Shown: positions 25,380-38,453, numbered from the stretch's first letter. The stretch is DNA of 64,000 nucleotides from Scyliorhinus canicula (GCF_902713615.1 NC_052162.1:113920226-113984225); one strand, 5' to 3'. Translations and numbers: made by a program. Notes: generated by a model from the sequence alone, not told the origin.

Positions 25380-26054
25380 TCATTTGTGAACTCGCTGGTG
25401 TCTTTGGAGGTTGGATAACTGAGTGAATCCTTTACCACAGTCAGAGCAGGTGAACGGCCTCTCCCCAGTGTGAACTCTCTCATGCTTTAGCAGGTTAGAT
25501 GACTGACTGAAACTCCTCCCACACTTGGAACAAGTGAACAGCCTCTCCCCTGTGTGAATTCGCTTGTGCTTTCGCAGATTGGATGAGTGACTGAATCCCT
25601 TCCCACACTCTAAGCAGGTGAACGGTTTCTCCCCAGTGTGAACACGTTGGTGTGTCTGCAGGTGGGATAACTGAGTGAATCCCTTCCCACACATAAAGCA
25701 AGGGAAAAGTCTCTTCCCAGTGTGAACTTGCTGGTGTACTTTCAGGTGGGATAACTGAGTGAATCCCTTCCCACACACGGAACAGGGGAAATGTTTCTCC
25801 CCAGTGTGAAATTGCTGGTGTGCCTGCAGGTGGGATAACTGAGTGAATCCCTTCCCACACACAGAACAGATGTATGGCCTCTCCCCAGTGTGAACTTGCT
25901 GGTGTGTCTGCAGGTGGGATAACTGAGTGAATCCCTTCTCACACATGGAGCAGGTGAATGGCCTCTCCCCGGTGTGACTGTGTCGATGTCTTTCCAGATG
26001 GGATGGGCATTTGAATCCTTTCCCACAGTCCTCACATTTCCATGGTGTCTCCAT
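25380..26054 (-). CDS. C2H2 ZNF protein C, 8 tandem fingers, 224 aa
   Basis: ATG at 26054 ([10 protein letters not shown]) to VHK*; 675 nt = 8x84+3. Confidence 0.9.
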   Translation of the reverse strand: METPWKCEDCGKGFKCPSHLERHRHSHTGERPFTCSMCEKGFTQLSHLQTHQQVHTGERPYICSVCGKGFTQLSHLQAHQQFHTGEKHFPCSVCGKGFTQLSHLKVHQQVHTGKRLFPCFMCGKGFTQLSHLQTHQRVHTGEKPFTCLECGKGFSHSSNLRKHKRIHTGERLFTCSKCGRSFSQSSNLLKHERVHTGERPFTCSDCGKGFTQLSNLQRHQRVHK

Positions 26055-26869
26055 GATGCGGGCGTCCTTGCATCTCTCAAGATTCCCAAGATGATACAAC
26101 ACCTGTACGTTCTCTCTCCGCTGTGAATGGTGCAATGTTTTTTCAGGCTGTGTAGCTGTTTAAAGCTCTTTCCACAATTCATACAATGGAATACTTTAGG
26201 TTGCGTGTCTGTGCTTTCCGGTGCCTTCCCAGGCACACTGATCTTAAAAATATTTTGAAGCAGACAAAACAGATAAACATTTGTCCTTCTAGAATCAAAG
26301 GCCAATGATATTCAGGTCCTGCTGAATCGATTGACTCTGTCTAATCTTGATGTGACGTTTGAGTTGAGATTTCTGTCTGTAAATCCTCACCTTCTAACAT
26401 CCTGTAAAAGATTACAAAAAGTTATCACTGTCAGTACAGGATAGAGATTCAGCACAGACAATTCTAGTTTATCTGGAACATCCTTTCTTCTCTCGTTAAC
26501 CAAAAGCATCTAAATCTCCATCCCACACTCTCCCTCCATTCTCACTCTGCTGTACCTGATATTCACCCTCCCAATTCTCCTGAAGGTGCTGATTCATGCT
26601 GGTTGACAGATACATGTGTGCCGAATTTCTACATATTTATTGCACCAAAAATGAATGCAATGTACAGAACTGTATTTGCTGAGAATCAGGAATGGGGATT
26701 CTTGGTGTTTGGTATTCTTGCATCTAACCTGATGAGTGAAGATGAAAAGCTTCAACAGCAGGTCCCACATTTCAGCAATGCTCAATTAACAAGTGACGAC
26801 TGATATTACAAAACAGAAAAGAATAATCAATGCAACTTATCGATAACCAACAACACAAAACATATCTCT

Positions 26870-27700
26870 GTCCTGTATTAATTTACTGCCACTTAAATGT
26901 CAGCCATCTCCTGGGGAAACCAGCCCTTTAATTATAACATGAGGAAAGAGACCATCCTTTTCGCCAGACAAATAAATGTGTCAAGCTGAGGAAGCAAAGG
27001 ATGTCAATGTCTTCAAGAGAGAGAGACCTGGGCCAAGCTTTCCAGAGTCTGCACCCTCCCTGGATTCACTTCCGTTCCCTTCAGTTGCTGCAAGTGACCA
27101 ATTGAAGGTGAGAATGAGAAAATAAATGGAAAGGGGGAGAAAAGAAAGTGTTTTACTGACAGATGTTGGCGACAGGAACACGTTTCAGTCTGTGTGAAGC
27201 TCAATCTTCATTCACACAAAGGTCGCGCTCTGATTGGCTGGAGGACAAGAGTCCTTCCGGTTCTTAAGCAGTTTCCATTGTCAATACCTCAACAGAAAGG
27301 TCAGGGGTGTGCTCTTCCCCGCACATGCGCATATTCCCCTTTCCTTTGGACATGCGCAGTCCCGGGACCTGGGGGTGGGGGAGACCACGGAGCGGCTTCT
27401 CGCTCTGGCGGGATTGCCTGCTGGTTGCCTGCAAACCTGGTCTCGAGAAGGTTATGGGGGAGGGGAAGGCGTCACGTAACAGCACACTGGAACCCGGTGA
27501 CGTCACCGCGGAGCAGAGTGATTTCTATTGGCTGATTCATATTGGGTTAACTTGTGATGTCACAATGTGGAGGTTGGACAATGAGTTTCAGACTAAAACT
27601 TCCTCCTCTGGGCAACATCTGGGTGCAAATCAATGTCTCCCCCTTTCCATTTCTTATCTCATTCTGGGGGGACATTGGTGACTTGCAGCAACTGAATCCA
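26870..27700. promoter_or_regulatory. Bidirectional ZNF promoter module B, core inverted relative to A
   Basis: TGACGTCA 27498-27505, ATTGG boxes, GCACATGCGCA motifs; left donor arm GTCAGT on minus strand; right arm degenerate (catctGGgtgc). Confidence 0.7.
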
Positions 27701-27999
27701 GTCTGTATATTACACATTTTAATCCAATAATATAGACGTATATCTGTCTGGCAGCCTGCATGAAGATTTTCAGGTTCTGTGTCCAGGACAGGGAGCAGTG
27801 AGCTTGGATCTGTCAATCAGCCTGAATCAGCACCTTCGGGAGAATTGGGAGGGTGAATATTAGATACAGCAAAGTGAGAATGGAGGGAGAGGGTGTGGGA
27901 TGGAGATTTACAGCTTTTGGGGAATAAGAGAGGAAAGAATGTTCCTGAGAAATTGTTCTGAATTTCTATCCTGGACTGACAGTGCTAACTTTTGTAAAT

Positions 28000-28212
28000 G
28001 GGGGGGGGGGGGGGGGGGGGGGGGTTGGGGGGGGGGGGGTGGTAGGGTTAGGGGAATGTAGTATAGGGGTCAATTAGGCAGATCTGGGTGGGACGGGTTA
28101 CGGCAATTGCACTATGTACTTTGCTTAGTGTACAGTCCTTTTGTTTTCTCGTTCTGTAATTCTACTGTTTACAATGCCAAAAAATACCTCTTTAAAATTG
28201 GTTATCAAAAAA
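28000..28212 (+). mobile_element. 5'-truncated L1 3' UTR (G tract plus A tail)
   Basis: 13-bp TSD aacttttgtaaat at 27987-27999 and 28213-28225. Confidence 0.75.
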
Positions 28213-28572
28213 AACTTTTGTAAATTGTTTTGACAGGATATTAGACAAGGAGGAGTTACAGACAGAAATCTCATAATTCACATCTCAACCTGACAGTCAC
28301 TCAATTCATCGGCGCCTGAATATCATCAGCCTTTGAATCTTGAAGGAGAAATGTTTGTCTGTTCTGTCTACTTCAGAGTTTAAATCAGTGTGACTGTAAA
28401 ATCACCGAGACACATACACCCGAGTGAGACTGTTCCAGGGCACTGACTGTGGAAAGAGCTTTAACCAGTTACATTGCGTGAAAAAATATCACACTATTCA
28501 CAGCGGGAAGAGACCATACACGGTTCTGTGTGTGGACGAGACTTCAACTGATTGTCCGAGGAGACTCAAAAC

Positions 28573-29103
28573 ATGGAGAAACCATGGAAATGTCGGAACT
28601 GTGTGAAGTGATTCAGAGTCCGATCTAAGTTGGAAACTCATCGACGCATTCACAATGGGGAGAGGCCATTCACCTGCTCTGTGTGAGATGGGATTCAGTG
28701 ATTCATCCAGCCTGCAGAGACACCAGCGAGTTCACACTGGGGAGAGGCTGTTCACCTGCTCTCAGTGTGGGAAGGGGTTCTGTGATTCATCCACTCTGCG
28801 GTCACACCAGTGAGTTCACACACGGGAGAGTCCGTTCACCTGCTCTCAGTTTGGGAAGGGATTCAGTCGTTTATCCAACCTGAAGTCACACCAGCAAGTT
28901 CACGCTAGAGAGAATCCATTCACCTACTCTCAGGTGAATGGCCTCTCCCCATTGTGGATAGTGAGATGGGATTCACTCAGTTATCCATCCTGCGGAGACA
29001 TCAGCGAGTTCACACTGGGGAGAAGCCATTCAACTGCTCTCAGTGTGGGAAAGGATTTTGTGATTCATGGCACCTGCTGAGACACCAACAAGTTCACAAT
29101 TGA
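28573..29103 (+). pseudogene. C2H2 ZNF pseudogene D
   Basis: ATG GAG AAA CCA TGG start then in-frame TGA and frameshifts; ends VHN*. Confidence 0.85.
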
Positions 29104-29119
29104 TTTCAGGGTTTTTTTT

Positions 29120-29650
29120 TAGAACATACAGTGCAGAAGGAGGCCATTTCACCCATCGAGTCTGCACCGACCCACTTAAGCCCTCACCCAGTAATCCCTC
29201 CTAACCTTTTTGGTCACTAAGAGCAATTTATCATGGCCAATCCACCTAACCTGCATGTCTTTGGACTGTTGGAAGAAACCGGAGCACCCGGAGGAAACCC
29301 ACGCAGACACGGGGAGAACGTGCAGACTCCGCACAGACAGTGACCCAGCAGGGAATCGAACCTGGGACCCTGGTGCTGTGAAGCCACAGTGCTACCGTGC
29401 TGCCCTCAAGGTTGGATTCTGCTATTATTTATTTATTTGTAAATTTAGAGTAGCCAATTCTGTTTTTTTCCCCAATTAAGGGTCAGTTTAGCATGGCCAA
29501 TTCACCTACCCTGAATATCTTTGGTTTGTGGGGGTGAGACCCACGCGGCACGGGGACCATGTGCAAACTCCACACGGACAGTGACTCAGGGCCAGGATTG
29601 AACCCAAGTCCAGCACTGTGAGGCAGCAGTGCTAACCACTGCACCACCTT
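29120..29650 (-). mobile_element. Two HE1-like SINEs in the 3' module of ZNF D
   Basis: Reverse-complement SINE bodies (cacagacagtgacccag..., cacggacagtgactcag...). Confidence 0.8.
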
Positions 29651-30079
29651 GGATTCTGCTGGTATTTTTTCTGCTCTCAATTACATCCAGGACTGCATTT
29701 CGTTCTTTCTGTCAGTTGGTCAATGCGGGTGGTTGGATGTTTTTTTTTTCCACTAGACTGGCCGGTCTTATGACTTTGTGAGTCTTGTTGCCAACACCTA
29801 CATTCAAATTTCATGAGGATCACAGAGTGAAAGGATGTTTGGAAGTTAAAAGATATTTGGTTACCAATTCTGTTTGGAACCCCCCAGAGCATGCCACATC
29901 ACCATGGAATTGGGCTATGGTGGTTACATGGTTATTTTGTTTAATTTATCTGAGTGTTTGTCACAGAAGGAAACTGTCAAGGTCTGAGGGGTGAATTGTC
30001 TATGTTAGATGGGAATTTACAATCAAACAAATGATGATAGACAGGCAATCACTATCACTTAAGGAATTGTTACATATTT

Positions 30080-33000
30080 ATGTAAACAATGATTCCTTCA
30101 AGGAACAAAAATCCAACAGGAAAAGTGATGCAACTGTGGCTAACAGGAAAAGTTAAAGAATCCATTAGATCAAAGGAAAAGACTCAAAGGGCGGTATGGT
30201 GGCTCATTGGTTAGCACTGTTGCCTCAGCTACAGGGACCCGGGTTCAATTCCGGCCTCGGGTGACTGTGTGGAGTCTGCACTTCCTCCCCGTGTCTGCGT
30301 GGGTTTCACAGTCCAAAGATGTGCAGGTTAGGTGGATTGGCCATCCTAAATTGCCCTTTTGTGTCCAAAAGATTAGGTGGGGTTACTGGGTTACAGGGAT
30401 AGGGTGGAGGTGTGGGCTTAAGTAGGGTGTCCTTTCCAAGGGCTGGTGCAGACTCGATGGGCTGAATGGCCTCCTGCACCGTACTTTCTATGACTCTATG
30501 ATAAAGTGGCCGAAATAGTAGTAAGCCTGAGAATTGGGAACTGAATGAGATTAGTATTAGTGAAAAAGTAGTACTGGAGAAATTATTGGGAGCGGATGCT
30601 CTACAGGTGAAGGAAGGAGCAGTGCTCTGAAAGCTCGTGTTTGAAACAAACCTGTTGGACTTTAACCTGGTGTTGTAAGACTTCTTACTGTGCTCACCCC
30701 AGTCCAACACCGGCATCTCCACATCATCCCAGAGTGTTGAAAGAGGTGGTGATAGTAGATAAATTGGTGATCATCTTTCAAAATTCTATAGATTCTGGAA
30801 TGGTTCCTGCAGATTGGAAGGTGGTAAATGTAACCCCAATATTTAAGCAGGGGGAGAGAAAACAGGGAACCACAGACCCATTAGCCTGACATCACTAGGA
30901 GGGAAAATGCAACACTCTATTATAAAGGATGTGATAACATCCCAATTAGGAGCAGGAGAAGGCCACTCGGCCCCTCGAGCCTGCTCCACCATTCAATAAG
31001 TTCCCGGCTGATCTGATTGATACCTCAACTCCACAGAGGCTCCTTAGAAAATAAATCTGGGAGATAGTTGTAGGGAACAAGGAAATGGCAGAGAAGTTAA
31101 ACAGATATTTTGCATCAGTCTTTATCGTGAAAGAGACTTCAAATATCCCATTAATACTAAAGAATACAGAGGAGGAATTAAATACCATCACTAGAGAAGC
31201 AGCATTAGACAAACTAATGGGGCTAATGACAGATAAGCCCCCTGCCTCTGGTGGCTTGCATCTTCGGATCCTAAAAAGAAATGGCTACAGAGATAGTCGA
31301 TGCATTGATTGTAACTTTCCAAAAATCCTTGGATTCTGGATGAGTGCTGGAGGATTGGAAAACTGCCAATGTGACACACCTACTCAAAAAGGTAGTGAGG
31401 CAAAATGTAAGTAACTATAGGCGGATTAGCCAAACATCTATTGTTTGAAAAATGCTGGAATCAGTTATTCAGGAAGGAATAGCAGCACATTTGGAAAATC
31501 ATAATCTAATCAAGCAGAGTCAGCATGGCTTCATGAAAGGGAAACCGTGTCTGACTCATTTATTGGAGTTCTTCGAGGAAGCATCAGCCTGGGTGGATAG
31601 AGGGGAACCGGTAGATGTGTTGTATTTGGAATTCCAGAAGACGTTCGGCAAGGTACCTCACAACAGATTAAGTCATGAGATAGGAGCCCATGGTGTTGGA
31701 GGTATGGAGGGATTGTCTTCAGGGCAAAGGTTAAACAGGTTGGGACTCTACTCATTGGAATTTAGAACAATGAGAGGTGATCTCATTGAAACAGACAGGA
31801 TTCTTAAGGAGCTTCACAGGGTAAATGCTGAGAGGATGTTTCCCCTCATGGGAGAATCGAGGACCAGAGGGCATCATCTCAGAATAAAGAGATGTCAATT
31901 TAAGACTGAGATGAGGAGGAAATTCTTCTGAGAGTTTTTGGAACAGTGAGAGTTGATGGGACAGAGTCCTTGTGTATATTTAAGGCTGAGATAGATTCTT
32001 GATCAGTGAGGGAATCAAGGTTTACTGGGAAAGGGCAGGAAAGTGGACTTGAGAAATGTCGGATCAGCTGTGATCCAATTGAAAGGTGCAGCAGGCTGGA
32101 AGGGCCGAATGGCCTACTCCTGTTCCTATTTCTTATTGTCTTATTCCCGCCTACCCTCTCAATAAACTTTCACTTCCTTGTTTATCAAGAGTCTATCCAG
32201 TTCTGCCTTCAAAATATTCAAAGACTCTGCTTCCACTGCCCTTTGAGGAAGAGAGTTCCAAAGACTCACAAACCTCTGAGAGAAAAAAGTTCTCTGCCTT
32301 AAATGGGCAAGTTATTACTATTGAAGCAACTCCAATTTCTAGATTCTCTCACAAGAGGAAACATCCTTTCCACATCCACCCTGTCAAGGCCCCTCAGGAT
32401 CTTATACGGTTCAATCAAGTCACCTAAACTCCATCGGACACAAGCCCAGCCTGTCCAATCATTCCTCATAAGACCAGCCTCCAATTCCAGGTATGAGTCC
32501 AGTAAACCTTCTCTGAACTGCTTCCAACACATTGACATCATTCCTTAAATGAGAGCAATACTGTACACAGTGCTCCAGATGTGGTCTCACCAATGTCCTG
32601 TATAACTGAAGCATAACCTCCCTACTTTTGTATTCAATTCCCCTCACAATAAACAATAACATTCTATTAGCTTTCCTAATTACTTGCTGTACCTGTATAC
32701 TCGCTTTTTGTGATTCATGCTCTTGGACACCCAGATCCCTCTGAGTCTCAGAGCTCTGCAATCTCTCACCATTTAGATAATAAGCTTTTTTATTCTTCTG
32801 GCCAACATGGACAATTTCACATTTTCCCACGTTATTCTCCATTTGGCAGATCTTATTCCTTTCATTTAACATGTAACTTTTAACCTCATTATGTCCTCTT
32901 CACAATTTACTTTCCTACCTATCTTTTTATCATTGCAACATAGGAGCAGGAGTTGGCCATTCAGCCCGTCGAGTCTGCTCCACCATTCAATACGATCATG

Positions 33001-33150
33001 GCTGATCATCCACTTCAATGCCTTTTCCCCCCACACTATCCCCATATCCCTTCGTGTTATTGGGATTTAGAAATCTGTCAGTCTCTGCTTTAAACACACT
33101 CAATGACTGAGCTTCCACAGCCTCTGGCGTAGAGAATTCCAGAGATTCAC
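30080..33150. mobile_element. Stack of CR1 fragments (+ to about 32140, - from about 32190) with a SINE (30189-30500) and a Penelope tail (30608-30725)
   Basis: QHGFMKGKPCLTHLLEFFE and LYRTLVRPHLEHC ORFs; paralogous to about 6670-8460. Confidence 0.85.
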
Positions 33151-34322
33151 AACTTGTAGATCTCTGTAGATCAAACCATTGCCCTGTTCTATCCCCGTAT
33201 CCCTATCCGTTTATTTCCCTCAAAAGCCCATCCAATTTCCTTTGGGAAACATTCCATCATCTCTGCTTCTACCCCGCCCTCGTAGGAAGTGGGTTCCAGG
33301 TATTTCCCACTTTCTCCAAATGCAAACGAATCTCAAGAGAGCACAGAAAGAGGCCATTCTGTCTATCGTTCCCATGCCAGCTCTTTGAGTGAACAATCTA
33401 ATTGGTCCCATCGCTCGGCAAGTTTCTTTTTCTGCAGAATCTGTCCAGTTCCCTTCTGAAAGTTACAGTTGAATTTACTTCCTGCACCTTTGTCAGGCAG
33501 TGAATCCCAACAACTTGTTCTGTTTTAAATCTCATAATTTCACAATATACTGTGTTTGGATTTTCACTGGGGATTTGAAATGGAGAGAAAGACATGGTTG
33601 TTGCACAAAATCAAGACTCAGTCTTTATGAATGATCTTAGTGAGTGGGCAGAGTGTGAAATACCCAGGTTGGCGGTGCCAAGGTGTACACGTTCCAGCGG
33701 CTGGGCCAGGGGGGCCACCCTGCCCTATCCCTGACCACTCAGGGGCCTCCAATGGCCCGGGAACCCCTCAGGTACCGTGATGCCTGGCCCTTGTCTGTGT
33801 GGGCCAATACTAATCTGCATCCATGTGACCGACTGGGGAGTCGCTTTCATCAAGGGAGGCCTTTAGATAGGGGATCCTTCCCGTTAATGGGATGGAGATT
33901 GGCCTTAATTGTATCCAGATCTCGCCAATGGGAATAGGCCGGTTAGATTGGAAACCGATTGGTGCTTGGTGCAGTGCCCGATTTCGGACTTTCCTGCGAT
34001 CTAACTGCTGCACTTGGATTCACACCTTGTGCATCGTGGCCATTAGATCGTGCCCTGATTTTCATTTGCTGTAAAAATGTAAAAGCTTAATTGTTGCGGA
34101 GAAAGAAAGTGCAATGAGGATAAATGCACTGGCAAGAGAGACCTTCAAGCTCTGATTAGCCTCAACATTTGAAACTGTATGAATAAGGGATTGTACAGAA
34201 TCAGATAAAGGGATAGTATGAAACAGTTCTGTTGTATTCCTGTCTGAGATAATGAGAGAAGGTGGTGTCAGCAATTGGGGATCCAATTAAATTAATCTAG
34301 TGACCAAATTGACCAATTGTCA

Positions 34323-34736
34323 TGTTACAACAGGCCCAACTCTGACGTGAAGTAATGGTCACTTTGGGGTAGAGGTTCCAAAGGTCTTCCTTGCTGGCCA
34401 AGTACTGAAGATTCCTGAGGCCGAGTTCCAAGGAAATTACTGTCAAAGAAGGAGCCAGACTCCCGAGGCTGAATTCCACAAGAATTACTGTCAAAGGAGC
34501 CAGAGAGGGTTACGCTTCTACAGACTGATCACCCACATGAAGTTGGAAACGTCAATTTCTAAAAGTTGATCAGTAAACCTTTTTCATTTAATAAACTTAT
34601 TTTTAAATTTACTATCCAGAGAATTCTGGTTTTGCCTTAATTGGTTAAAGTCTTGTTGAACCAAAGAGAATTTATTAAATGGTAAGCTGGGTGTGGCTGA
34701 AAACAATTACGATCCAGATAACAAGATCAGATAACA
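34323..34736 (+). mobile_element. LTR-like element, duplicated in inverted orientation at about 61600-63810
   Basis: TGTTA...TAACA termini, AATAAA at about 34590. Confidence 0.5.
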
Positions 34737-34749
34737 TAAATCTTCAGTT

Positions 34750-35215
34750 TAAAAACTTGCATTTGTATAGTGCCTTTCACAACCACAGGACGTCCCAAAG
34801 TGCTTTACAGCCAAAGAAATATTTCTGAAGTGTAGTCACTGTTGTAATGTAGGAAACGCAGCAGCCAATTTACGCACAGCAAGATCCCACACACAACAAT
34901 GTGATAATGAGCAGATGATCTGTTTTTAGTGATGTTGACTGAGGGATAAATATTGACCAGGACACCGGGGATAACTCCCCTGCTCTTCTTCAAAATAGTG
35001 GCTGTGGGAACTTTTACACCCACCTGAGAAGGGGAGACAGGGCCTCAGTTTAACATCTTATTTGAAAGCAGGCTGTTGTGACAGTGCAGCACTCCCTCAG
35101 TGCTGGGACCAGGAATGTTGGATGTGATTTTTGTCCTCGGGTCCCTGGACTGGGATTTTAACCCACAACCTTCTGACTCCGAGGTGAGAGAGCTGCCCAC
35201 TGAGCCACGGCTGAC
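34750..35215 (-). mobile_element. Deu-domain SINE (SacSINE1-like)
   Basis: Minus strand GGGATCTTGCTGTGCGTAAATTGGCTGC core, tRNA-like head; copy at 60940-61590 (+). Confidence 0.75.
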
Positions 35216-36244
35216 ACTATTGACAATACAAAGTTAGAAAGGGAAAGTTACCCGTTAAAACTCCCACCCTTCGTCTCCAGTGCCTAAATCGAAGAATAAA
35301 CACCGCAGTATAAATAACATGGATTTGACTGACAAATGTTGAAGTATTGATTTAGAGATACAAGTTTTTTAACTTCTCATTTGAGCCTCAGGCACCTTTC
35401 TGTCTCTATTGTTCGTGTCAATGACAGCCAGGCGACAGAGCTGAGGCTGAATTTAGCTGAGAATAACGGGGCCTGTGCCCCAGTTGGGAAACTGCCATGG
35501 GCGTCGCACTAATAGAGACAGGAAGGTGCTGGAGGACTGACTGGGAAATGGGCCTCCAACCAATTGTTATATCGGTCACTCAGAGCTAAAGAAAAACCCG
35601 GCTCTTTAAATACATATACAGGGAAGAGGCTGCAATGAAATCTGTCCCTTTTAACCTGCACAAAAGCAGGAGGCTCAGATTCAGGAGGAATTCATTCAGC
35701 CCATCATGTCCCTGCTATCTCTTTGAAAGTCTCTCTGATTCATCTAACTGCCTAATCATCCAAATGATTCATTCAGCCCTTTCCCCGCAGCCCTGCAAAT
35801 TCTTCCATTTCAGGTATTTACCCTTTGGAAAGATACTATTGAATCAGCTATCAGGCAAATCAGAACAACTCACTGTGTCAAAAAATAAACAAAATCTCAT
35901 CTCCCCCTCTGGCTCCTTTGCCAATTACCTTAAGAGGGACTCACTTTCTGTTAAAGAGCCTGCCAGCCCCTCTCGCCCAATGTTCCTAAAGTACATAAAT
36001 CTAATCATGAAAAGTCCAGAAATATCAAATATATTTACTAATAAACGTTTATTAATGAGGCAGAATATGTTTAAAATAAAATGTCTAGAAAAATCAAATA
36101 TTTTTATTGATAAAAGTTTATTAATGAAACCGAACATGATTTAACTAAAACAGAAAAATGACTTGAGAGTCAAAGACAATCAGAGTAAAATATTCTGGAC
36201 CAAAATGGTTTATTTTTAATTCATCTGTAGCCTGTCCCCCGCCC

Positions 36245-36870
36245 TCTTTGTGGAACACCTCCGCTCAGTCCACAAGCCTGACCCTGACCTTCCGCTTGCT
36301 GCCATTAGAATTCACCACCTTGCTCTCAGCCTCACATTTCTGTCCTCGGCCTGCTGCAATGTTCCGGAGAAGCCCAACACAAGCTGGACCAACAGCCCCT
36401 CATCTTCCCATGAGGCACTTTACAGCCTTCTGGGCTCAATATTGAGATCAACAACTTCACACCCTGAACTCTCTCCTCCATTTTGATTTGTTTTTTTGCC
36501 GAGTGCCTGTCTGCATCTTGTTTTCATGTTTTTTTGCTTCCAGACAGAGCTGTCCTTTATTCTGCCATTAACACTTACTCTGGACCAATGCTTTGTTTCT
36601 TTACTACAACCATTACCTCTCCCTTTGCCTTTTGTTCCAGGACATTTTTGTCATTTAATCTCATCCACCCTCTAACCAATCCCTGACTTTCCCTTTTGTT
36701 CTGTCTGACCCTCCCCCTTTCTCACCAGCATCAAACCCATCACATTTCTCCCTCTCTTTAGTTCTGAAGTAGAGTTACATTGGATGTGAAACGTTAACTT
36801 TGCTTCTCTCTCCACAGATCCTGCAGACCCTGCTGTGCTTTTCCAGCCTTATCTGTATTTATTTTAGATT
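36245..36870 (+). mobile_element. Degraded Penelope-like GIY-YIG end and tail
   Basis: EHLRSVHKPDPDLP motif, homologous to 48545-49250 (-). Confidence 0.65.
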
Positions 36871-36884
36871 TGCCTGTACTGGGC

Positions 36885-38453
36885 TGTTATCACACCCTGG
36901 GCTAGTGCACAGTCAATTCCAGCCCCACTTGACCCAGAGTCGCAACACAATTGAAATTAACAAATTAATTCTAAGAAAACATCCAAAATCTTTGGTCTTT
37001 GGCTACCCAATAACTGCAGTCACCAGGTTTGTAAATTTAAACATGATTAATTTTGTTAATAACAACAACTATAATTAAATACATTAAAAAGTCTTACAAC
37101 ACCAGGTTAAAGTCCAACAGGTTTGTTTCAAATCACTAGCTTTCAGAGCACTGCTCCTTCCTCAGGTGAATGAAGAGGTAAAGTCAAAGATGCAAGACAA
37201 TGCTTTGATTGCGAGCATTTGCAGGTAATTAAGTCTTTACAGATCCAGAGAGAGGGGTAATCCCAGGTTAAAGAGGTGTGAATTGTCTCAAGCCAGGACA
37301 GTTGGTAGGATTTCGCAAACCCAGGCCAGATGGTGGGGGGTGAATATAATGCGACATGAATCCAAGGTCCCGGTCAACTTGGCCATAGGTTTCTGCTCGG
37401 CGATTCTGCGTTGTCGCGCATCCTGAAGGCCGCCTTGGAGAACGCTTACCCGGAGATCAGAGGCTGAATGCCCTTGACTGCTGAAGTGTTCCCCGACTGG
37501 AAGGGAACATTCCTGCCTGGCGATTGTCGCGCGATGTCCGTACATCCATTGTCAGAGCGTCTGCATGGTCTCGCCAATGTATCACGCTTTGGGACATCCT
37601 TTCCTGTAGCGTATGAGGTAGACAGCATTGGCTGAGTCGCACAAGTATGTACCATGTTTCTGGAACGGAGGAAGGAGCAGTGCTCCGAAAGCTAGCGTTT
37701 GAAACGAACCTGTTGGACTTTAACCTGGTGTTATAAACTTCTTACTGTGCTCACCCCAGTCCAACGCCAGAATCTCCACATTATAATTAAATAGGCAGAA
37801 AATACAACTGGTTAATTATCTAATTCCCAACCCTTCCTCTTCAACTCGCCGCACTCTATAATATAAATATATATAGCGGAAAGAGGGATGGAAAGATAAA
37901 TAATGCAAAAAGTAAAAAGGAGAAAAGTCTCGGTTTCAGATGGACATCTTTTAGCCTCGGCCTTCAGTCGGAGGTTCTTGCTTTCCGTCTGTAATGGTTT
38001 TCACTGTAGATTCTTCTGGATCTCAAGACTTCCCTGCAGCTTCAGAAACCACAGGAAAGAAACCTTTCTGGAGAGAGAAGCAGAGAAGAGAGAGAGCAAC
38101 TCACAGCTTCTTCTCTTGGCATCCAGGAGAGTTCCGATTCCTGGCTCCTCTGAAAATCTCCCACCTGACTGAAGCCAATCAGTCTGTTGCCGGGCAGAAT
38201 ACGGTCTGTGGCCAATCCATTGGCCACTTGTCAATCAATCAAAACCGAATCCCTCCGATCACTCAAAAAATCTGAGTTCTTCTGTTAAAAGGCTAAACCT
38301 TCAGAGCACAGTGAACTATTTTGCCACTTCTGAATTCCTCACTTCTTCTGCTTAACTTAAAGGTTTATTTTCATTAAATATTCATGGATCAAAATGATAA
38401 TGGCAAAGTAATAGAAATGAGAAATAAAGAAATCAAGAGGAAGGGTCCTTACA
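36885..38453 (-). mobile_element. Solo LTR of the 2458-3602 family, carrying a Penelope insertion
   Basis: Minus-strand TGTAAGG start and TAACA end; flanks GGGC/GGGT. Confidence 0.7.
37082..37781 (-). mobile_element. Penelope-like element 3' part with inverted tail copy
   Basis: 12-bp TSD tataattaaata (37070-37081, 37782-37793); GIY-YIG remnants (LPVGEHFS, RRIAEQK); hammerhead motif 37131-37172. Confidence 0.8.

Noticed and set aside
35635-36144. 169-aa ORF
   Set aside because: Low-complexity, spans a duplicated non-coding module that is not open in its other copies
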